This document shows, piece after piece, positions 34,679 to 41,640 of a DNA stretch of 41,640 nt. A model generated the notes under the pieces. It did not search any database. It saw nothing but the letters and a program-made list of their open reading frames with translations, and had not been told where the DNA came from. The position numbers and the translations under genes were made by a program. This stretch comes from Octopus bimaculoides (lineage: Eukaryota), in contig NC_068986.1 in the NCBI RefSeq assembly GCF_001194135.2, forward strand, positions 7,750,770 through 7,792,409, read 5' to 3'. Every line of letters starts with the position of its first letter. The first letter of the stretch is position 1.

Positions 34679-36715
34679 GTTTGTGTTGGAAGCCTACTTC
34701 CGGTTACCATTGAAGATAGACGTGCAGCTGATAGCTCCGTCTAAGGAACAGAGGACACCGTCAGGGTAAGCGAATTTGCTTTTTTTGTGAGCTGAGTAGA
34801 AGTATTGTGTTTTTATTTTTACAGTATATTCTGTCCAGCTCTGGGGCATTTTGCTTGTGCTTGGCGTTGTCAAAAATTTGAAAATTTGAGAAAATTTGAT
34901 TGAATTGTTGCCTGTTCCAGGCATAGTGTGTGTGACTGGGTGCTTGGAGGGCGTTTGTATGTAATAACCAAGTAAGTAGAAACCATTTAAATATTTTTTT
35001 TCTCACTTGGGTCGCTGGAGTACGGACCAGGACTATTGTGTGTTTATTTGACTGCAACCAAAGAAGTACCAGTTCAAGCCAGAGCTGGAGTACGGTGTAG
35101 CACATTTTGTTCCTGCCGAGGATCCTGTGTTTTTTTACTTTTTCCTTGAACTGTTTCTCTTGTTTTTCTCTACCTCCTTTTCTTTAAACTCTTCCTGTTT
35201 CGTTTACTGACTATTTCTTTTTTTTTCTGAACTGTCATCATTTTGAAACTTTTTTGTGAACAATTATTTCCTATTTGAACATTTAGTTATGGTAGGAAAA
35301 AAGTTAAAACAGAAGACTACTGCTTTAGAGTGGGAAATTATCCCACCTAAGCAGTGGTTAAAAGATACGGAGGAGAGGACGGTGGTGGTTAGAACTTACC
35401 CTAAAGTTCTTGATACCATCACCGTCTTCCCAAAACCAACTATAGAAAAAGAACTGAAATACTATTTGTCCTCTGGGAAATACATATCCCGCGATGTCGA
35501 GCATGCAACCATATAGTTGCGGTGTCAAGCATTCAACCGTATGGTCGCAATTTAGCGAGCCAGCCCTTGGAGGGCAACGAAATTCTGTTCTTCCCGTCGT
35601 ACTGCTGGAGGAAATTAATAAGAGCCTGGGCATGTGGGTTACCCCCAGGCACCGAGGCGGGTTGGATTGAAGTTACCATTCGACGGGGCCTGGGGGATAG
35701 CGGGCCCAGGCTCTTAAATGTAAGGGTATTGCCGGCGGTCAATAAGGTAGGGTCAAAAGCGATTTTGACCCTGTGGAGCCCATCGGCCGCAAAAGATCTG
35801 TTCTTTCCAGATTTTTTTTTTTAATGGCAGACTGAAGGTATCCGGTGATACTTGAGGGACACTCCACAAGTGACACTCGTGCTTGGAGCCATGCCACATT
35901 AAAACGAACTGCCCCCAGGATCATGGTAAGGTCCTAGAATAGTCACTGGAAGCCACCTCCCATACCCGGTCAAAGGGAGAGGTGGATGTGGTTGAGAAAA
36001 AAGCCTCCTCAACTACAAAAGGAAGAAAACGGTCAACAATGGCTGCCCGCCGAAGGCCCCTAAGGTTTCGGGAGGTGGGGGAGAGACTCCGGACAAAACA
36101 GAAGAGCTCCACTCTCCCGAAGTTAGGAAGAAAAGGAAAAAAGAAAGAAGAACAGGCATTGCAGGTGGACGGTGATGTGCTGTCTGCTTGTCCCGAAATT
36201 GTACCACCCACGGTGGAAGAAACGTCCCCTATCCCTGGAGATGAAGAATTGTTTATCTTTTTCTACAAGGGCAGGGAGGTGGGGAAAATAGTAGAACATA
36301 AAGAGACAGTAGATATGTCCTGCACACGGGATCCCGAATGACCTCCGCCGATAGCTGTGGAGGTCATAAGGCTTTTCATGTGGGAAAAGCTTAAAAGACT
36401 TAAAGATGAATGTCGCATATGGCTGGTTGGCCCTAACATGACATATGCCACGTACATGAATGAGACATGGGAAATGACGGGATAAGGGAAATTTAGCGGT
36501 ACTGAAGGTAATGATAGATATATTGATGGATATATCGATGAATAAGTAGTGAAAAAGCCTCGTTAAGAGGGTTTGAAACCGCACCTTATTGCATTATTTG
36601 TAGTGGTTTAAAACCTTAATTGTGTTTAAAAAACAAACATGTTAAGTAAGAGGTTTTATTGCCTCCTTTTTGTAAGAGGTTTAAAACCTCATATTGATTT
36701 TTCAAAAAAAGAAAA
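34679..36715 (+). mobile_element. Decayed ORF1(gag-like)-only retroposon, Tx1/L1-type ORF1 with CCHC knuckle, A-rich tail
   Basis: Frames from 35289 (MVGKK..ERTVVVRTYPK..), 35522 (RAWACGLPPGTEAGWI..), YPVILEG then *HSCLEPCHIKTNCP (Cx2Cx4Hx4C, first Cys as TGA, 35871-35912), basic K/R tract, terminal domain to ~36485; tail caaaaaaagaaaa. No APE or RT motifs. Confidence 0.7.
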
Positions 36716-37589
36716 TATATTTTCGAGAAAAACCCAATCGGCGGGCGTTGGGTTTCGTCTCTCATTTATTCATTTTATTTCATTTCTTTTTCGTTCATTA
36801 ATGTGTGATCGATTAAAAGAGAAAGTTAACAGAGGAGACACTGGAAGAGCAAACAAAATATTTGATGATGAGTGCTGAAGTCTGCCAAACATTCAAACAA
36901 TAACCTATGTAGACATTCATAATACGTTGTGGCAAACTCGAACGTGGGTACCTAAAAGCTTTTGTATTTAGGCTTCGGAAAACACTTCTTCCCTTTTCAC
37001 GATGTATTTTATGAACATACGTGGTACATTGACGGAATGAGACTTAGAGACACTGAGAGTGAATCTTCTAGAACCTAATGACAATGAATAAATTTGTTAT
37101 CCTTTTGACTCTTGATGTTCGGCTGAACAATATTGGAGCATATTCAGTACAAAATTTTAATAGAATTCTAAATTCTAAATATTGTATTAAAAATTAAGTT
37201 GAGATATCTAAATTTGCGTGGTATCAACAATGATGGGGGCAGACGTAAAATACTTTTGCAATTATTGTACAGAAATATTAAAAAAAACAACTATTTATCT
37301 TTCGCCCCCACAAATGATTTTCAATTGTGCAATGTTTGCTCGCGTTTTATAATCTCTCATATGCAGTCGAACAGCTTCTTCTTATCTCAGTCGTGCATGA
37401 TGGCTCATTATCCCGGTTGGAATACAATATAAATATATATCCATATTTGAGAACGTCTGCTTATTACTGTGTCGGGCGTGAGTATTAAATTTTCTTAAGC
37501 AGTTGTGGTTGAAATTGTATATAGTGGATCTGAAATACATTGTTTAAGGAAGTAATCCTCCATTCCGTGATACGTTTTAGGCAAGCTAG

Positions 37590-37790
37590 TTAAATGTTTT
37601 GTATGTTTTGCGTTGAAATACTGTAATAGTTTTCTATTATTTATTAATGTGGGAGTTTCTCTAAATAATGTCCCACTTTTGCCTTTTACACATAAATTGC
37701 AAGCATTTCTACCTCCAAAGTAAGATTTTACTCCTTTGATTTTGCTATATTCAGTAGCATATTGTGTGTGTTTCATTTTCAGATACAGTA
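37590..37790 (-). mobile_element. Penelope-like GIY-YIG C-terminal fragment
   Basis: SKIKGVKSYFGGRNACNLCVKGKSGTLF..TLINNRK resembles the PY..CxLC..EK..LNxR tail seen at 18240-18370 and 22010-22130. Confidence 0.55.
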
Positions 37791-37956
37791 GAAATACTCT
37801 TATAGATTTTCGAGGAGGTAAATATTTAAACGAAATTGGATATAATTGACTAACACAGTATCTTGATAACATCTTGTTTCTTTTGCATCTCACAATATCC
37901 ACAGAAAGTGTAATACACAAAATAGAACACACACACAGAGTTATATATATATATAT

Positions 37957-37966
37957 NNNNNNNNNN
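37957..37966. other. Assembly gap (N)
   Basis: Run of N. Confidence 1.
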
Positions 37967-38370
37967 ATATACAGAAACGCTCATACGTTTATATTCATAT
38001 CACCTTATTCACTCATACATAATGAATTAATTCGCATAAAAGAGATCAGAGCTCAACTGCAAATGAAAAACCTGAGAAACTAACAGACTTGTTTTGTGAT
38101 CGTAAGCGACATGTTTATGGTAATGTTTTTAAAATACACTTCTGAAATCACATAATAGACATTTGGTATACTTAAGAGATTAACTTAGTTCATTAGCACA
38201 AAATAGTATATTGTTCAAATTGAAGCTCTCTTCAGGACAATTTGTTGCACTATCATCTTGTTAAACGACCTTCGAAATGTCTGTGTGTTCATCTCTTCAT
38301 ATTGGGTAAGACACACATACTCATATACACATACTACAAGCACACACATATTTACATATATATGTACATA

Positions 38371-38731
38371 TCTTTCATTTTTTACTTGTTTCATTAATTA
38401 GATTGCGGTCATGCTGGAGCACCGCCTTGAAAATTTTCTACTCGAATGAATCAAACCCAACACTTGCTCTTTTTAAGCCTATACTTATTTTATCGTTGTC
38501 TCTTGTCGAAAACACACCAACACCGGTTATCAAGCGGTTGGGGGACAAACACAGACACAAATATACAAATACTCAAGCACACATATATGCTACACACACA
38601 GGTACACGCTGGGCTTCTTTCAGTTTCCGTCTAACAAATCCATTCACAAGGCTTTGGTCGACCCGACGCTATAGTAGAAGACACTACGTAAATGCGAAGC
38701 AAATTTCTTATCACAGTCATGACCGTGCCTA
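38371..38731 (-). mobile_element. tRNA-derived SINE family A with internal deletions
   Basis: Reverse-complement homolog of 1955-2353; B-box region deleted. Confidence 0.82.
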
Positions 38732-38756
38732 TATATATATATATATATATATATAT

Positions 38757-39656
38757 NNNNNNNNNNNNNNNNNNNNNNNNNNNNNNNNNNNNNNNNNNNN
38801 NNNNNNNNNNNNNNNNNNNNNNNNNNNNNNNNNNNNNNNNNNNNNNNNNNNNNNNNNNNNNNNNNNNNNNNNNNNNNNNNNNNNNNNNNNNNNNNNNNNN
38901 NNNNNNNNNNNNNNNNNNNNNNNNNNNNNNNNNNNNNNNNNNNNNNNNNNNNNNNNNNNNNNNNNNNNNNNNNNNNNNNNNNNNNNNNNNNNNNNNNNNN
39001 NNNNNNNNNNNNNNNNNNNNNNNNNNNNNNNNNNNNNNNNNNNNNNNNNNNNNNNNNNNNNNNNNNNNNNNNNNNNNNNNNNNNNNNNNNNNNNNNNNNN
39101 NNNNNNNNNNNNNNNNNNNNNNNNNNNNNNNNNNNNNNNNNNNNNNNNNNNNNNNNNNNNNNNNNNNNNNNNNNNNNNNNNNNNNNNNNNNNNNNNNNNN
39201 NNNNNNNNNNNNNNNNNNNNNNNNNNNNNNNNNNNNNNNNNNNNNNNNNNNNNNNNNNNNNNNNNNNNNNNNNNNNNNNNNNNNNNNNNNNNNNNNNNNN
39301 NNNNNNNNNNNNNNNNNNNNNNNNNNNNNNNNNNNNNNNNNNNNNNNNNNNNNNNNNNNNNNNNNNNNNNNNNNNNNNNNNNNNNNNNNNNNNNNNNNNN
39401 NNNNNNNNNNNNNNNNNNNNNNNNNNNNNNNNNNNNNNNNNNNNNNNNNNNNNNNNNNNNNNNNNNNNNNNNNNNNNNNNNNNNNNNNNNNNNNNNNNNN
39501 NNNNNNNNNNNNNNNNNNNNNNNNNNNNNNNNNNNNNNNNNNNNNNNNNNNNNNNNNNNNNNNNNNNNNNNNNNNNNNNNNNNNNNNNNNNNNNNNNNNN
39601 NNNNNNNNNNNNNNNNNNNNNNNNNNNNNNNNNNNNNNNNNNNNNNNNNNNNNNNN
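38757..39656. other. Assembly gap (N)
   Basis: Run of N. Confidence 1.
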
Positions 39657-39819
39657 GGACGTTTCGACTTGCTCACCTTCATCATTGTGATGAACGCAAG
39701 CAAGCTGAAATTTTGAAGACACTGTCAACGTTTCCTTCGTAAAAGGTAATGAATGCACATACAAAACACACACGCTTTTAAATATCGATATATATATATA
39801 TGTTCTATATACATATATG

Positions 39820-39877
<58 letters not shown>

Positions 39878-40528
39878 TATGCATACGTTGGTGTTGTGTG
39901 GGTGTAGTAAGAAGTGAATGAACGCAATCGCACGCATTCAACAAACAAAAGAAATATTGAATAATGAAAGTTAAGCATTCATTGATTAGTGGGTTTAAAT
40001 TTAAAATGTCCGCCTATTATAACTAAAAGCAATTATCAAAATTACTTTATGCCTATTTAACAGGAAATCAATAGCTTTTATTGCTAATGTATTTCCCTTT
40101 CTTGTGAGACGTATATTTTTCTATGCATGTGTATGTGAGTGCGTGTGCGTACATACAGTTGTGTGTTATGTGTGCGTGTATTTGTTATACTTGCATATGT
40201 GCGAGTGAGTAGGTGCGTATATGTGCGAGTGAGTAGGTGCGTATGTGTGCGATTGTGTGTGATTTTGCGTGTCTCTGTGCATAACGATTTTCAGATCATT
40301 GGTACAATCAAATTTTGGTCCATTGACGGAATTTTCTTGAAATTAACTCACAAACACCCCACTTTGTCATGGCCAGTTCAACCTTTTCCCCCTTTGTGTC
40401 ACTAATAAGTACAATAATCTGCTCATAGATTAGGAAATGGTTAATGGATCAACTTGACGATAAACGTCACACTTTTTCTGCGTGTTGATCTTTGCAAATC
40501 TCAACAAGAGACTTGGAGACTCCTCAAG

Positions 40529-40936
40529 CTATTTTGCTTCTATTATTCCCGGATATATTATCACATCCAGCTGCTTTTTCGATAATTTTCCATTATTTCG
40601 TTTATTAACGTTATTTATTACTTTCTCTTTAACAGTAACGACGATGTAATCAATTAATTCTTCTCGGCTGTGAAGCTTGTTTATTCCGCCAATTACTTGA
40701 TTGTCACGTGACACTAACTGAGATGACAGATCGTTGAAGCGTCGGAAAATAAATTCTCTTCCGTTATAGATGGCATTGCCGTGTGCTACGAAGTTGTCTT
40801 CCCAACCATATGGTCCATATGGTTTGGGGTTCACTTTCACTGCGTGGCACCTTAAGCGTCGTCTGCTATAGTCCTGTGTTGATCTTGTCAGAGGGTTTGG
40901 TGTATATACATATTGATAGAAAAGGTAAGACAACAA
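40529..40936 (-). other. Unassigned 135-codon ORF of normal complexity
   Basis: DYSRRRLRCHAVKVNPKPYGPYGWEDNFVAHGNAIYNGREFIFRRFNDL..LSKKQLDVIIYPGIIEAK; no family recognised; upstream polypyrimidine tract on the minus strand. Confidence 0.3.
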
Positions 40937-41006
40937 AAGAAGGAAAGAGACCTCGATATTAGGTAAATAGAGGAATTCCTCTGTAAGTAATATGTGACAG
41001 TTATTC

Positions 41007-41118
41007 GGTAGCCATGGTTAAACTCCGAGTTTCGGATGTTCGATGGCCAGATAACTGAAGAGATGGCGGCTTGGGTTTCCACCCCGGAATCCGAAACTCG
41101 GAGTTTACCATGGCTACC
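41007..41118. mobile_element. Short MITE-like inverted repeat (30-31-bp arms)
   Basis: ggtagccatggttaaactccgagtttcggat / atccgaaactcggagtttaccatggctacc (one indel). Confidence 0.8.
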
Positions 41119-41146
41119 AAACAAATGATTGTCATATATTGTTTAC

Positions 41147-41182
<36 letters not shown>

Positions 41183-41224
41183 GTATATATATATATATAT
41201 ATATATGCGCACGTGTGTGTATGT

Positions 41225-41340
41225 GTGAAGGTGCATGGCCAAGTGGTCTGTAGCACTCATGATCACCAGATGGTGCGTTCGACTTCGAGACCGGGCGACG
41301 AGTTATGTTCTTGAGCAAAACATTTCGTCTCATTTTGCTT
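41225..41340 (+). mobile_element. SINE family C head fragment
   Basis: ggtgcatggccaagtggt..cgttcgacttcgagaccggg..tgttcttgagcaaaacatt parallels 5012-5120. Confidence 0.6.
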
Positions 41341-41349
41341 TTTAGGATC

Positions 41350-41475
41350 GGAAAGTATCAGAATTGTTGGCACGTTGACAGAAATGCTTTACAGTATATC
41401 TTTCGGCTCTCTACATTCTGAGTTCAAATCCTGAACAGGTCAACTTTGCCATTGCCCCTTTCGAGATAGATAAAA

Positions 41476-41478
<3 letters not shown>
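41350..41478 (+). mobile_element. SINE family B fragment
   Basis: cattctgagttcaaatcctgaacaggtcaactttgccattgcccctttcgagatagataaaatac. Confidence 0.7.
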
Positions 41479-41517
<39 letters not shown>

Positions 41518-41554
41518 CACCACTACTACTACTACTACCACTACTACCACCACC

Positions 41555-41640
<86 letters not shown>
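41477..41640. repeat. (CTA)n/(CCA)n compound microsatellite
   Basis: Direct inspection; runs to the window end. Confidence 0.98.

Noticed and set aside
34694-36584. Minus-strand ORFs across the 2-kb element
   Set aside because: Antisense shadows of the plus-strand ORF1; no RT or other motif found in them.
36972-37078. Possible small terminal exon (GFGKHFFPFHDVFYEHTWYIDGMRLRDTESESSRT*) after ttgtatttag
   Set aside because: Only ~35 codons, no recognisable family and no partner exons; expected by chance.
39657-39750. Hammerhead-like atgatga..cgaaac on minus, or exon ending aag|gtaatg on plus
   Set aside because: Core mutated, no convincing stem II, truncated by the gap; all three plus frames contain stops.
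1-41640. A coherent multi-exon host gene
   Set aside because: Candidate exons lie on different strands, suggest unrelated families and cannot be chained in a consistent order or phase.

Overview
Eukaryotic, AT-rich, microsatellite-laden, non-genic-looking DNA with seven N gaps. From memory, the SINE families and repeat density resemble cephalopod (Octopus-like) genomes; this is inference, not a database result. I found no intact protein-coding gene, rRNA, true tRNA or CRISPR array. Almost all recognisable content is decayed mobile DNA: two mariner remnants, four Penelope-like (GIY-YIG) fragments with hammerhead-ribozyme relics, three R4/Dong-type RLE-LINE pieces, an RTE 3' end, a CR1-type RT fragment, three SINE families, two palindromic MITE-like elements and ORF1(gag)-like elements. 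The most interesting candidates are: (1) a ~2-kb poly(A)-tailed element at 34679-36715 with a CCHC-knuckle ORF1 but no RT, joined to a SINE head; (2) a mariner built from two left ends that encodes only the DNA-binding domain; (3) an in-frame Dong-RT/Penelope-endonuclease junction; (4) tail-to-tail Dong copies with a 62-bp hairpin and apparent (ATAC)n targeting; (5) a hammerhead relic with an internal triplication. A few possible host-exon remnants (signal peptide/serpin-like, CUB-like, an unassigned 135-aa ORF) are weak. All family assignments come from manual motif reading, and element boundaries are approximate.
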